Positions 49,979-62,424 are shown, counted from the stretch's first letter. The stretch is DNA of 64,000 nt from Octopus sinensis (GCF_006345805.1 NC_043022.1:3782001-3846000), one strand, 5' to 3'. A program made the numbers and translations. Notes: generated by a model not told the origin, from the letters alone.

Positions 49979-50135
49979 TCAATAATCTGACATGGCAGCC
50001 TTTTGTGGGAGGTGAATAACATCAGTAATTATCTCCTGAAACTGTTCTTTGGCATTCTGTAGACTCCTCACTTGTTCCATTGGAATCTGCAGTTGTTGGA
50101 CAATAACTTCATTGTGTGGAATCGCAGTTCCCAAC
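49979..50135 (-). CDS. candidate terminal host exon, unknown product
   Basis: CCCCCTTAG acceptor, then LGTAIPHNEVIVQQLQIPMEQVRSLQNAKEQFQEIITDVIHLPQKAAMSDY* in non-repetitive sequence. Confidence 0.3.
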
Positions 50136-50468
50136 CTAAGGGGGTGTCAGAAGATTCTGAAAGAATCTCAGATAAAATTTTTTTGGCTTTGTGTTTAGTT
50201 GATAAAAGTGTAAAGCAGCAAGCTGGCAGAATTGTTTGCATGCCACACAAAATGTTTAGTGGTACTTTGTCTGTCTTTACATTCTGAGTTCAAATCCCCC
50301 AAGAACTACTTTGCCTCTCATCCTTTCTGGGTCGATAAAGCAAGTACCAGTTAATCACTGGGGTCAATGTAATCAACTTCCCGCACGCTTGCTGGCCTTG
50401 TTCCAAAATTTGAAGCCGTTATTATGATTGCTGTTGTTAAGGCAGCAAATTGGCAGAATGGTAAGCAT

Positions 50469-50873
50469 AGGCGCAGGAGTGGCTGTGTGGTAAGTAGCTT
50501 GCTAAACAACCACATGGTTCCGGGTTCAGTCCCACTGCGTGGCATCTTGGGCAAGTGTCTTCTGCTATAGCCCCGGGCCGACCAATGCCTTGTGAGTGGA
50601 TTTGGTAGACGGAAACTGAAAGAAGCCTGTCGTATATATGTATATATATATATGCATGTGTGTGTTTGTGTGTCTGTGTTTGTCCCCTAGCATTGCTTGA
50701 CAACCAATGCTGGTGTGTTTACATCCCCGTCACTTAGCAGTTCGGCAAAAGACACTGATAGAATAAGTACTGGGCTTACAAAGAATAAGTCCCGGGGTCG
50801 ATTTGCTCGACTAAAGGCGGTGCTCCAGCATGGCCACAGTCAAATGACTGAAACAAGTAAAAGAGTAAAAGAG
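50469..50873 (+). mobile_element. SINE family A nested in a SINE B copy
   Basis: Full-length copy; SINE B head lies before it and SINE B body after it. Confidence 0.9.
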
Positions 50874-51112
50874 TATGCCAGACTAAATGCTTAGCATTTC
50901 ATGTTTATATTCTGCATTCAAATTCCACCGATGACTACTTTGCTTTTCATCCTTTCAAGGTTGTTAAAATAAGTACCAGTCATACACTGGAGGAGTCGAC
51001 GTAATTGACTTAACCCCTTCCCTGAAATTGCTGGCCTTGTGTCAAAATATGAAACCAATTTTATTATTGTTAAGAAGACAGTGAGCTTGCAGAATCATTA
51101 GCATTCATCAAT

Positions 51113-51321
51113 CTTTTGTCAAAATGCTCAACAGCATTTCGTCAATCTTTAAAGTTCATTTCATCACTCTTTTGTCAAAATGCTCAACAGCATTTCGTCA
51201 ATCTTTAAAGTTCATTTCATCACTCTTTTGTCAAAATGCTTAACAGCATTTTGTCAATCTTTAAAGTTCATTTCATCACTCTTTTGTCAAAATGCTCAAC
51301 AGCATTTCGTCAATCTTTAAA
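51113..51321. repeat. 56-bp minisatellite (about 3.7 units) inside a SINE B copy
   Basis: Unit CTTTTGTCAAAATGCTCAACAGCATTTCGTCAATCTTTAAAGTTCATTTCATCACT. Confidence 0.92.
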
Positions 51322-51811
51322 ATTCTGAGTTCAAATTCCACCAAGGTTGACTTTGTTATTCATCCTTTCAAAGTTGATAAAATAAATACCAGTTGCATAC
51401 TGGGGTTAATGTAATTGACCTCCTCCTCCTCCAAGCTTGCTGGCCTTGTGCCAAAAATCTGAAACCAATATTTTCTTGGCTCTTTGCATGGATCCAGAAT
51501 TGGTTGGCACTCACACATTCGCAATCCATATGCAGTAACAGAATCAAGAGGGTGGGTCATTTCCGGCAACAATGAATAGCTAAAAAAAGAAAAAAATATC
51601 TAAAACTAAATTGCGTCCTTCGATTTTTAAGACGTTCAGATGTGATCTGAGGGAAATGAAATTTGGCTGCTATTTCTAGCACGGCGAGTAACCACAAAGC
51701 AACTTCATCATAAACATTTAAATTATTGTCGAATGTAATGCTTAATTTATTCTCATGGTTTTTAATTAATTATGCATTCTTTTGTAGCTTTGAGATTCCA
51801 ATGAGGTGATT

Positions 51812-52222
51812 ACTCTTTTCTCTTTTACTCTTTTACTTGTTTCAGTCATTTGACTGCGGCCATGCTGGAGCACTGCCTTTAGTCGAGCAAATCGACCCCG
51901 GGACTTATTCTTTGTAAGCCCAGTACTTATTCTATCGGTCTCTTTTGCTGAACCGCTAAGTGACGTGGACATAAACACACCAGCATCGGTTGTCAAGCAA
52001 TGCTAGGGGGGACAAACACAGACACACACATACATATATATATATATATACATATATACGACAGGCTTCTTTCAGTTTCTGTCTACCAAATCCACTCACA
52101 AGGCATTGATCGGCCCGAGGCTATAGCCGAAGACACTTGCCCAAGATGCCACGCAGTGGGACTGAACCCGGAACCATGTGGTTGGTTAGCAAGCTACTTA
52201 CCACACAGCCACTCCTGCGCCT
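51812..52222 (-). mobile_element. SINE family A inserted in a piggyBac-type MITE relic
   Basis: Full-length reverse copy with TGATT at both flanks. Confidence 0.9.
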
Positions 52223-52870
52223 GATTTTTATCTTTAGAATTGTTTATCTTTAGAATGATATTGTAGGGTAGGTGTGAAAGGTCAGATATGGCCAGTTTGA
52301 ACTTAAAACAGGAAGAATATTTGGGCAGGATATGGCTAGTTTAACCCTTTAAGCATTCAGATTTCTCTGTGAAATTTAATCCATATTTATTCCCATTGTC
52401 TTCAATGAATCATAGATTATCTCGTGGCTTTGAGATTTCAAGATGGGATTATTCTTAAAATGATATTGTTGGGTAGGTATGAGAGGCCAGATCTGGTCTT
52501 TTTGAAGATGAAGCAGATAGAATATTTGGGCCCTGATATGGCCAGTTTAAATGTTAAAGGGTTACCTTAGCTAGGACCACATTACATACGCTGGTCCTTT
52601 GGTTGAAATGCTAAAGGGTCAACCCTTTAAGCATTCAGATTACTCTGTCAAATGTAATCCATATTTATTCCCATTGTCTTCAATGAATCATAGATTATCT
52701 CATAGCTTTGAGATTTCAATGATGGGATTGTTTATTTTTAGAATGACATAGTAGGGTAGGCACGAGGGGTCAAATCTGGTCAATTTGAACATAAAACAGC
52801 TGGAAAATTAGGGCCAGACATGGTCTGTTTAAATGCCGAAGGTTTAAAATACCAAACCAGATCAAACATA

Positions 52871-53282
52871 CAGGGTGGCCCAAAAGTAGGTTTACAGTCA
52901 TTCAATTATCTCTTTCTCGTTAATATATTAACAGTTTTGATCTTAATTATAAGAAAGTAGGAAACCATTATTCTATGCTAATTTAGTTAATAGTGCAGGT
53001 GGCACGTAAAAAAGCACCCACTACACTCACGGAGTGGTTGGCATTAGGAAGGGTATCCAGCTGTAGAAACTCTGCCAGATCAAGACTGGAGCCTGGTGCA
53101 GCTATCTGGTTGCCAGCCCTCAGTCAAAACCGTCCAACCCATGCTAGCATGGAAAACGGACGTTAAACGATGATGATGATGATGATGATGATGAAAGGTG
53201 GAAATTTAAATTTAATAAAATGTTTTAAAATAAATTTAAAGTGCCCACGTGATAACTGTGAACCTACTTTTGGGCCACCCAA
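52871..53282. mobile_element. Tc1/mariner-type MITE interrupted by a family D 3' fragment (52994-53192)
   Basis: TIRs TA-CAGGGTGGCCCAAAAGTAGGTTTACAGT / ACTGTGAACCTACTTTTGGGCCACCC. Confidence 0.8.
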
Positions 53283-53385
53283 CAGATTTAATTCAAACAC
53301 TTCTGTAATCTTTGAAAGCCGTCTTAAACACCAATTCTTCACTCCATCTTACCTTTATCATTTTCTTCTCCTCTTATCTTTTCAG

Positions 53386-53596
53386 CTCTCAACAGAAATG
53401 GCACATCAGAGACCAACCCTTTTCTCTCACCTCCGCCTCTTCCTCCTCCTCCTCCTCTTATACTTCAACTACCATTACGACTACTACAACACTAGCAGCC
53501 TCAAGAGAGTCATTTCCAGTAGATGTGGTTCCATGTTGGACACAGGAATATGGTGCCATCGTTATTTACTTCCTTGCTGTAACCATTTTACAATAG
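53386..53596 (+). CDS. candidate terminal exon: Ser/Thr stalk plus hydrophobic C-terminus
   Basis: Long pyrimidine tract plus TTCAG; SQQKWH...SSSSYTSTTITTTTT...YGAIVIYFLAVTILQ*; AATAAA at 53622. Confidence 0.3.
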
Positions 53597-53782
53597 ACAA
53601 TTTCTGACTCATGCATTAAGGAATAAACCAAAATTCAATCATATTTTTGCATTGTCTTTTTTTTTGTTTTGGTTGTGTTTGATGATGAGGATGGTGATGA
53701 TGGTGACGGTGATGATGATGACAACAATGATGGTGGTGGTGGTGGTAACAATCATGACAACGATGTTATATATGTTTATATG

Positions 53783-54155
53783 TGGAGGCGCAATGGCCCA
53801 GTGGTTAGGGCAGCGAACTCGTGGTCATAGGATTGCGGTTTCGATTCCCAGACTGGGCATTGTGAGTGTTTATTGAGCGAAAACACCTGAACTCCACGAG
53901 GCTCCGGCAGGGGATGGTGGTGATCCCTGCTGTACTCTTTCACCACAACTTTCTCTCACTCTTACTTCCTGTTTCTGTATTTCAAAGGGCCGGCTTTGTC
54001 ACTCTCTGTGTCACGCTGAATATCCCCGAGAACTACGTTAAGGGTACACGTGTCTGTGGAGTGCTCAGCCACTTACACGTTAATTTCACGAGCAGGCTGT
54101 TCCGTTGATCGGATCAACCGGAACCCTCGTCGTTGTAACCGACGGAGTGCTTCCA
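53783..54155 (+). mobile_element. SINE family C
   Basis: Homologous to 6909-7293. Confidence 0.92.
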
Positions 54156-54555
54156 TATGTGTATATATATATATATATATCAATAATACAGTGATTGTTT
54201 CTTATCAGGAACAAAAAGTTTAATAGGACTGCTATAGAAGTGCTCAATTGAAAGAGACAAATATATCAAACTAAGGTTATAGAACAAACAAATGCAAGGT
54301 CATCTGCATAACATTTCATAATTCGAACATTTAATCCTAGAATATACATATAAACATCCCGCAAGATGGAACATAATTCATCTGTACAAACATATAAGAA
54401 AGTGCGAGAAAAAAGTTCATCGTGGTTTCCTCTATTTTAACTATAAGGCTTCTCTTACTTGAATAGTAATTTTATAAGATTTCTAAACGATGAACTTTTA
54501 TTTTATTTACATAATATATATTATATATTTTTTATATGCTTCCTATATATATATA

Positions 54556-55068
54556 CTAGCAGTATCGCCCGGCGTTGCTTGGGTTTATAAGGGAAATAAC
54601 TATATAAGCATTTTTAGAGAGTTACTTCCCTTATAGAAGCCAATTCGGGCTTTCTTAGCCATTTCTGTTTTGGTGTCTTCAAGCCATGAAGTCGTTGTTC
54701 TAAAAGAACGCTGGTCTCCTTGACAACGCTTTACGATGTTGATTTCCTTACACTCCCTTCCCCACAGCTTCACGAGGGAGGGAAGAAGGGGGAGAATCAA
54801 ACAGGTGCAGGTGTGACCATGGACGCCAACTCCGCCGCCATCGACACACGAAAAATTATGCATTAAAATGGAATAAAAAATGATGTTAAATTATTTTAAA
54901 AATCGTAGACTCATCGTAGACTCGCACTAATACTCAGACGGGCTCGATATGAATCACGACTATAAGATACCCGAATTTGGTTAAACTGCACCGCAAAATG
55001 TGGGAGTAGTTAGGAATCTAAATCGAAGGGGACAGACACTCACGCAACTACAGTTTTATATATATAGA
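54556..55068 (-). mobile_element. non-autonomous Helitron (513-bp family)
   Basis: TC...hairpin...CTAG on the - strand with A|T target; near-identical to 57504-58016. Confidence 0.88.
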
Positions 55069-55305
55069 TATATTTTTATATATTTTTATATACCTATATA
55101 TTTTTATATATTACTTTATATTATATTTTTACTTTCTAGGTGTTGTAATGTTTTTTAAAAAAAATATATTTTTCTGAATTGCTAAAGTATTAACTCTAAA
55201 CCGTGATGAACTTTTTTCTCGCACTTTCTTATATGCTTGTACAGATGAGTTATGTTCCATCTTGCGGGATGTTTATATGTATATTCTATGATTAAATGTT
55301 CGAAT

Positions 55306-55308
<3 letters not shown>

Positions 55309-55337
<29 letters not shown>

Positions 55338-55615
55338 TGTGTACAGTGCTCAGGTGCACTACAACTCATCTAAAGTGTATATATAATCAGGTGTAGTTTC
55401 GGCGGATTTCGGAAAGCATGAGGGCCTTAAAGGATGCAGTGTCATGGCAGTCAACAACTGACGCAGGCAGTTTATTCCATGCTTCAGCAACTCTGAGCGT
55501 GAAAAAATGTTTCCGAAAGTCATGGGAGCTGTGTTGTTTTCTGACTTTGTAGGCATGTCCACGTGTGTTAGACACATGGAGATCAAAAAGGTGTTCAGTG
55601 TTGTTGTGTTCAGTG
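55309..55615 (-). mobile_element. CR1 3' fragment, same family as 26251-27750
   Basis: Near-identical 3' 280 bp and (ATT)n tail; TTAT duplicated at the flanks. Confidence 0.92.
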
Positions 55616-55668
55616 TTATGAAATGTTATGCGGATGACCTTGCATTTGTTTGTTCTATAACCTTAGTT

Positions 55669-55704
<36 letters not shown>

Positions 55705-55792
55705 AATCCAAACATGAACAAGCAAGAAAAAACAACAGCGCGAGGACGTGGAATAAGTACAGTGTTAATGGAAGCCCAGGAAAAGAAAGACG

Positions 55793-55826
55793 ATTTCATG
55801 TTTTGAGCGAGCTCTTTGTCAGAAAT
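55793..55826 (-). pseudogene. CpG-decayed hammerhead-like motif
   Basis: ATTT-CTGACAA-A-GAGC-tc-GCTC-AAAA-CATG-AAAT; the host element is homologous to 42459-42672. Confidence 0.55.
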
Positions 55827-56065
55827 ATAGACAGAGTCCAAAGAAGGCAAGACGGAGAAAGAAAATCGCCAACGATACATACGCGGACACATATTGAATT
55901 AAAAAAGAAGCATATATATATATATATTCTGAATTTGTGTAAATCTGTATAGAATAATATATAAGTTGAATAAAGTTACAACATGGTCTGGTTTTAATGT
56001 TTTTTATTGTTGTATTTTAAAAAACGTGGAAAGCAGACCATGTTGTAACTTTACTCAGTTGATGC

Positions 56066-56096
<31 letters not shown>

Positions 56097-57062
56097 TGTG
56101 TGCGTGCATATATATGTATATATATATGTATGTATATATATATATATATATACATATATACAGACTACAGTCATGGACTGGTTGGCGTTAGGAAGGGCAT
56201 CCAGCTGTAGAAACACTGCCAGATCAGACTGGAGCCTGGTGCAGCCTACTGGCTTCCCAAACCCTGGTCGAACCGTCCAACCCATGCTAGCATGGAAAAC
56301 GGATGTTAAACGATGATGATGATGATTATATATATACATATGTATGTATGAATGTATGGAACAGTCATGGCCGATGCCTGTGTGTGCTGCCTGACTGGCT
56401 CCTCACTACACTCTGAGAGTGGTTGGTGTTAGGAAGGGCATCCAGCTGTAGAAACCTTGCCAGACCAGATTGGAGCCTGGTGCAGCCTCCTGGCTTACCA
56501 GTCCTCACTCAAACCATCCAACCCATGCCAGCATGGAAAGGGGATATTAAGCAATGATGATGATATACATTCACACACATGCTAAAATGGATAGAGACAT
56601 TTGAAGGATTGTTTTGGTCGAATGGTAGAACGTCTTTCATGTTTACAGAAGATATTGGTTCGTCCCCATGGGCAGCCTTCAAAAGTTTCATCATTCCAAA
56701 AATGATCTTTGTGTGTGTGTGTGTGTGTGTGTGTGTTAAGCAATAAACTAGTACAAATGCAAAACAACATCATAATCTTTATTAAAAGCCTAATTATTTC
56801 TGGGTTCATTAAGAATGCTTGTTACTGGGAGTCATATATAATCAGTGGCGTGTTTGTAATTATATTTTTGACATGTGCAATGATGTTGCCAACAAAGTGA
56901 AAATAGATTCTTTATGATGGAAGAGTAAATTCTTAATTATGGTGAGATGCAGTTCCATCTTGCAGCATCCTGTTCTCCTGACTTCCTTGTCCTTTGTCCT
57001 CTGACATTCTTCAGACTGGTCAGGCAGATGAAACAGATCCACTTGATGGTCAGTTACATTAA

Positions 57063-57283
57063 CCCTTTAGTGTTTACATTATTCTGCCAAAATGAATGCT
57101 TCTTCATCCACACTGTTTTGAATTAATCATGCATTATCTTGTAGCTATGAGATTTTGATGAGGTAGCTGTTAATTTTTTAAACAATATTGTAGGGTTGGT
57201 GTGAGAGACCAGATAGGGCTAGTTTGAACATAAAACAGGTAGAATATTTTTGGCCGGATATGGCCGGTTTAAATGCTAAAGGG
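57063..57283 (-). mobile_element. piggyBac-type MITE
   Basis: TTAA TSD and CCCTTTAG TIRs; copy of 22439-22659. Confidence 0.85.
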
Positions 57284-57503
57284 TTAAACACTTGGGGAAA
57301 ATAAAAGCCACAACATTCCATGTTGAGAACTTAAATATTGAGCTACACGACCGCTTGTACTCGATAAAAGAGGAGAAAGCACCCTTATGTCCCTGAACAA
57401 AATCAAAATAAAACAGAGAATTGGGAAAGTGGAAAGAATTATCAAAAGAATTCATTAGGAATAAATTTTGAATAACAAATGTGTAATTCTACCGAATAAC
57501 ACA

Positions 57504-58825
57504 TCTTTATATATAAAACTGTAGTTGTGTGAGTGTCTGTCCCCTTCGATTTAGATTCCTAACTACTCCCACATTTTGCGGTGCAGTTTAACCAAATTCG
57601 GGTATCTTATAGTCGTGATTCATATCGAGCCCGTGTGGGTATTAGCGCGCGTCTACGATGAGTCTACGATTTTTAAAATAATTTAACATCATTTTTTATT
57701 CCATTTTAATGCATAATTTTTCGTGTGTCGATGGCGGCGGAGTTGGCGTCCATGGTCACACCTGCACCTGTTTGCTTCTCCCCCTTCTTCCCTCCCTCGT
57801 GAAGCTGTGGGGAAGGGAGTGTAAGGAAATCAACGTCGTAAAGCGTTGTCAAGGAGACCAGCGTTCTTTTAGAACAACGACTTCATGGCTTGAAGACACC
57901 AAAACAGAAATGGCTAAGAAAGCCCGAATTGGCATCTATAAGGGAAGTAACTCTCTAAAAATGCTTATATAGTTATTTCCCTTACAAACCCGAGCAACGC
58001 CGGGCGATACTGCTAGTCTATATATATAAAACTGTAGTTGTGTGAGTGTCTGTCCCCTTCGATTTAGATTCCTAACTACTCCCACATTTTGCGGTGCAGT
58101 TTAACCAAATTTGGGTATCTTATAGTCGTGATTCATATCGAGCCCGTCTGGGTATTAGCGCACGTCTACGATGAGTCTACGATTTTAAAAATAATTTAAC
58201 ATCATTTTTTATTCCATTTTAATGCATAATTTTTCGTGTGTCGATGGCGGCGGAGTTGGCGTCCATGGTCACACCTGCACCTGTGTTGCTTCTCCCCCTT
58301 CTTCCCTCCCTCGTGAAGCTGTGGGGAAGGGAGTGTAAGGAAATCAACATCGTAAAGCGTTGTCAAGGAGACCAGTGTTCTTTTAGAACGACTTCATGGC
58401 TTGAAGACACCAAAACAGAAATGGCTAAGAAAGCCCGAATTGGCATCTATAAGGGAAGTAACTCTCTAAAAATGCTTATATAGTTATTTCCCTTACAAAC
58501 CCAAGCAACGCCGGGCGATACTGCTAGTCTTTATATATAAAAGTGAAGTTGTGTGTCTGTCTCCTACGATTTAGATTCCTAACTACTCCCACATTTTGCG
58601 GTGCAGTTTAACCAAAAGCGGGTATCTTATAGTCGTGATTCATATCGAGCCCTTCTGGGTATTAGCACGCGTCTACAATGAGTCTACGATTTTAAAAAAA
58701 ATTACCATCATTTTTTCCCATTTTTAATGCATTTTTTTGCTATTATATAAGGGAAGTAACTCTCTAAAAATGCTTATATAGTTATTTCCCTTACAAACCC
58801 GAGCAACGCCGGGCGATACTGCTAG
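57504..58825 (+). mobile_element. head-to-tail array of three non-autonomous Helitrons (57504-58016, 58017-58527, 58528-58825)
   Basis: Each unit runs TC...CCCRAGCAACGCCGGG...CTAG with exact CTAG|TC junctions; the whole array sits between A and T. Confidence 0.9.
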
Positions 58826-58938
58826 TTTGGAATAAATGTTTGGAGTTGTCTATCATGGATGGAACAATTCAAGAACTGTGAACAGAAGTTCTTGGAAATA
58901 ATTATGACATGAAAATTTAATCTTATACATTAATAAGT

Positions 58939-59232
58939 GAAGGCACGTGGCTTAGTGGTTAGGGTGTTCCACTCACAATCGTAAGGTCATGAGTTCAATT
59001 TCTGGTGATGCGTAAAGTCCTTAAGCAAGACACTTTATTCCACACTGCTCCAGTTCACTCAGCTGGCAAAAACGAGTTGCACCTGTAATTCAAAGCTGAA
59101 TCACCTTGAGAACTGTGTTAAGGGTACATGTGACTGTGGAGTACTCAGCCACTTGAATGTTAATTTCACAAGCAGGCTGTTCTACAGATTGGATCAACTG
59201 GAACACTCGCTGTCGTAACCAATGAAGTGCCA
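58939..59232 (+). mobile_element. CORE-type SINE sharing the family C 3' tail
   Basis: tRNA head, CCTTAAGCAAGACACTTTA CORE-like segment and a tail ending GTCGTAACCAATGAAGTGCCA. Relatives at 17463, 17790 and 29590. Confidence 0.8.
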
Positions 59233-59705
59233 GTTTTTTTGTTTCTTTTTGTTATTTTTACTTTAATAGCTTCTAACATGAACTAAAATCTGAAATGATT
59301 CTCTTTGAGATTTCTAACAAAATGTTTCTTTTGTGAGATAAGAGTAAAAAAAAAACCTGTACAAATTAGACAATAATATATGTTAAATTATTAATGAATA
59401 ATGCCACAGGAAAATACAATACAAACACATAGAAAAACATTAACTATTAAGTGAAAATAATGGCCACGGCACTCAAACTAAATACGGAAGTTCACTGTTT
59501 AATTATCACAACACATATATAACTCTTAAAGATCACAAGTAGCACTTTGCCACAAATACAAAATACAGGTTTATAGGAATGTAAGAGCTAAGAGTGAACT
59601 GAGACAGTTTTGGAAACACAATAAACAGAATTAATGAAGATTTAGAAATACCACTAAGTCATAACAATGGAATAACACCATTGAAGTAATTAACTGGTTT
59701 AGAAA

Positions 59706-60110
59706 CTGTGGTAAGTAGCTTGTTTACCAACCACATGGTTCCGGGTTCAGTCCCACTGCGTGGCACCTTGAGCAAGTGTCTTCTACTATAGCCTCGGGCC
59801 GACCAAAGCCTTGTGAGTGGATTTGGTAGACGGAAACTGAAAGAAGCCTGACGTATATATGTGTATATATATATATATGTTTGTGTGTGTGTGTTTGTGT
59901 GTCTGTATTTGTCCCCCTAGCATTGCTTGACAACCGATGCTGGTGTGCTTATGTCCCCGTTACTTAGCAGTTCGGCAAAATAGACCGAAAGAATAAGTAC
60001 TGGGCTTACAAAGAATAAGACCCGGGGTCGAGTTGCTCGACTAAAGGCGGTGCTCCAGCATGGCCGCAGTCAAATGACTGAAACAAGTAGAAGAGTAGAA
60101 GAGAGAGAGT
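59706..60110 (+). mobile_element. SINE family A
   Basis: Slightly 5'-truncated copy. Confidence 0.9.
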
Positions 60111-60226
60111 AAAGGCAGTGAACTGGCAGAACTGATAGCATGCTGGGCGAAATGCTTAGTGGTATTTCGTCTGTCTTTACGTTCTGAGTTCAAATTCTGC
60201 TGAGGTTGACTTTGCCTTTCATCCTT

Positions 60227-60637
60227 TCATCATCGTTTAGCGTCCACTTTCCATGCTAGCATGGGTTGGATGGTTCAACTGGGGTCTGGGAAGCCAGAAG
60301 GCTGCACCAGGCCCAATCTGATCTGGCAGTGTTTCTACGGCTGGATGCCCTTCCTAACGCCAACCACTCCGTGAGTGTAGTGGGTGCTTTTTACGTGCCA
60401 CTGGCACAGATGCCAGACGAGGCTGGCAAACGGCCACGATCGGATGGTGCTTTTTACGTGCCACCGGCACAGGTGCCAGACGAGGCTGGCAAACGTCCAC
60501 GATCAGATGGTGCTTTTTATGTGCCACCGGCACAAGGCCAGTCAGGGCGGCGCTGGCAACGGCCACGTTCTGATGGTTCTCTTACGTGCCACCGGCACTG
60601 GTATCACTGCTGCTATTTCCATTGATGTTGATCGATT
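60227..60637 (-). mobile_element. retroposon family D nested in SINE B
   Basis: Four unit motifs; SINE B sequence on both sides. Confidence 0.85.
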
Positions 60638-61040
60638 TCGACCCTTTTGAGGGTCAATAAAATAAGTACCAGTTGAGTACTGGGGTCGATGTAATTCCCT
60701 CTTTGTTGATTGTCTGGCCAAAGGGATTCCAGTGGATGTGGATGATACCCTTGCTGTCAAAAAAAAACAAGGGGTCATCATGAGCTTCTCACTGGACCTA
60801 TTTTGTTTAGCCTCTGATGCCAGCAGAAAACACTTGCTCGTTTCATACAAGTTAATCTAGAAGCAGTCGAGAGCAAAAGTGAAAATGTGAGGAAGTGGGG
60901 TCTTCTTCATCATCATCATCATCATCATCATCGTTTAGTGTCCGCTTTCCATGCCAGCATGGGTTGGACGGTTCAACTGGAGTCTGGGAAGCCAGAAGGC
61001 TGCACCAGGCCCAGTTTGATCTGGCAATGTTTCTACGGCT

Positions 61041-61315
61041 GGATGCCCTTCCTAACGCCAATAATATTGAAATCTGGGGATTGTGGTGGCCAGATAAGAT
61101 GTTCAACTTCACTAGAATGTTCCTCATGCCATTCAGTAACAACTTTAGCTGTGTGAATTGGTGCATTATCATCCTAAAAGATTGCATTTCCCTCCAGAAA
61201 CAGTTCTGCAACCACAGAATGAATTTGATCAGATAAAATGCTTAAATAGTCTTGACTATTAATTCTGTCATGAAGGGAAACCATTGGGCCAACCGATTTC
61301 CAAGATATAGTCCCC
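61041..61315 (-). mobile_element. Tc1 (DD34E) transposase catalytic-domain relic
   Basis: INSQDYLSILSDQIH...IF*DDNAPIHTAKVVTEW...LIWPPQSPDFNII. Confidence 0.85.
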
Positions 61316-61407
61316 TCCCCCCTTCATGGTTTATATAAAGGTCTGTGTTTAACAGATGAGCAATTATTTATATTTGATGAATATCTGTCCTCATTTTGTG
61401 TGTTGTT

Positions 61408-61450
61408 AACACGTTTCGGCTGATATACCCTCCAGCCTTCATCAGGTGTC
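61408..61450 (-). ncRNA. hammerhead-like motif with canonical core but no room for the cleavage triplet
   Basis: GACAC-CTGATGA-A-GGCTG-gagggtatat-CAGCC-GAAAC-GTGTT. Confidence 0.6.
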
Positions 61451-62424
61451 TTGGGGAAATTTCAAACCTGGGTTCTCGTTCTTACGGTATTTTTTCAATA
61501 TTATTATTATTAACCACTAAGCCATAAGGTGTAGTGGTTAATAATAATAATACATTGTTTTGTCTTGGTATAAAAGATGGGTTACAGCAAATTATCTGCT
61601 CAATACCACAGATTTGCTTGTCAGTTGTTTGACCTTAACCAGTCGAGCATGTCCCTTGGTGGCTGAAGATATGTGCATCTCTGATTACGAGCAGACGTAG
61701 TGGGTGAGTATCATAGCCATGTGTTGAGAGGGATTCTTGGAGGTTTGGATAATTCACCTTTGGAAACATGGGTGTTTCGTTCAACATCCTTAAACAACCC
61801 TTATTCAGGGACCTTTTGAGCGGGATGGGCTACTTGATCAGAAGAAAATTCTAACTGGGCCCCACCCGCAAGGTCATGTGCTGTTTATCTTGATATGAGA
61901 TCACCATGTCACACACATATGGTTGTGATTTTTTTTTTATTCAGTTTTGAATTAATTATGCAAAGTTATGATATATCACCACTTTGAGATTTTAAAGAAA
62001 GTAATTGCTTATTCTTAGAATGACATTGTAGGGTAGGTGTGAGAGGCCAAATCTGGAGCCCGGATGTGGGAGCATGACATAGACCTTTGATGTGTGGGAT
62101 CCTGTCAAACCACCACAGAAGACAAATGTTAAAAATGGCAAAACATACCCACAGCTGTCATCTTGTCTCCAGAAACAATACAAAACAAACGAGATTGTCT
62201 TTTGCTTAACAACAAGCAAACTGAAAAGGATCATTGTTGATTCGTTGAGATTGCCTTTCCTTCTCATGCAGAGTCAGTGGCCTCTAGGTGTTTGTTTACC
62301 TTCTCTCAAAACAAGGATAGTTTCAGTAAAGCAAGAATTTATCTTGTTTGGTATTGAACAGAACTTTCTTGGTCTTCAATGTCCAATTTTATGCCACTTG
62401 CATCAAACAATTTTCTCTTATTTT

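Larger units (their letters stand above)
54261..55676. mobile_element. long inverted-repeat element (arms of about 168 bp) with nested Helitron and CR1 fragment
   Basis: Left arm 54261-54428; right arm 55198-55308 plus 55616-55676. Confidence 0.8.

Noticed and set aside
61556-61930. Possible degenerate RTE-like coding relic (HVLR, ILKQPLF)
   Set aside because: The motifs are too short and frame-broken to assign.
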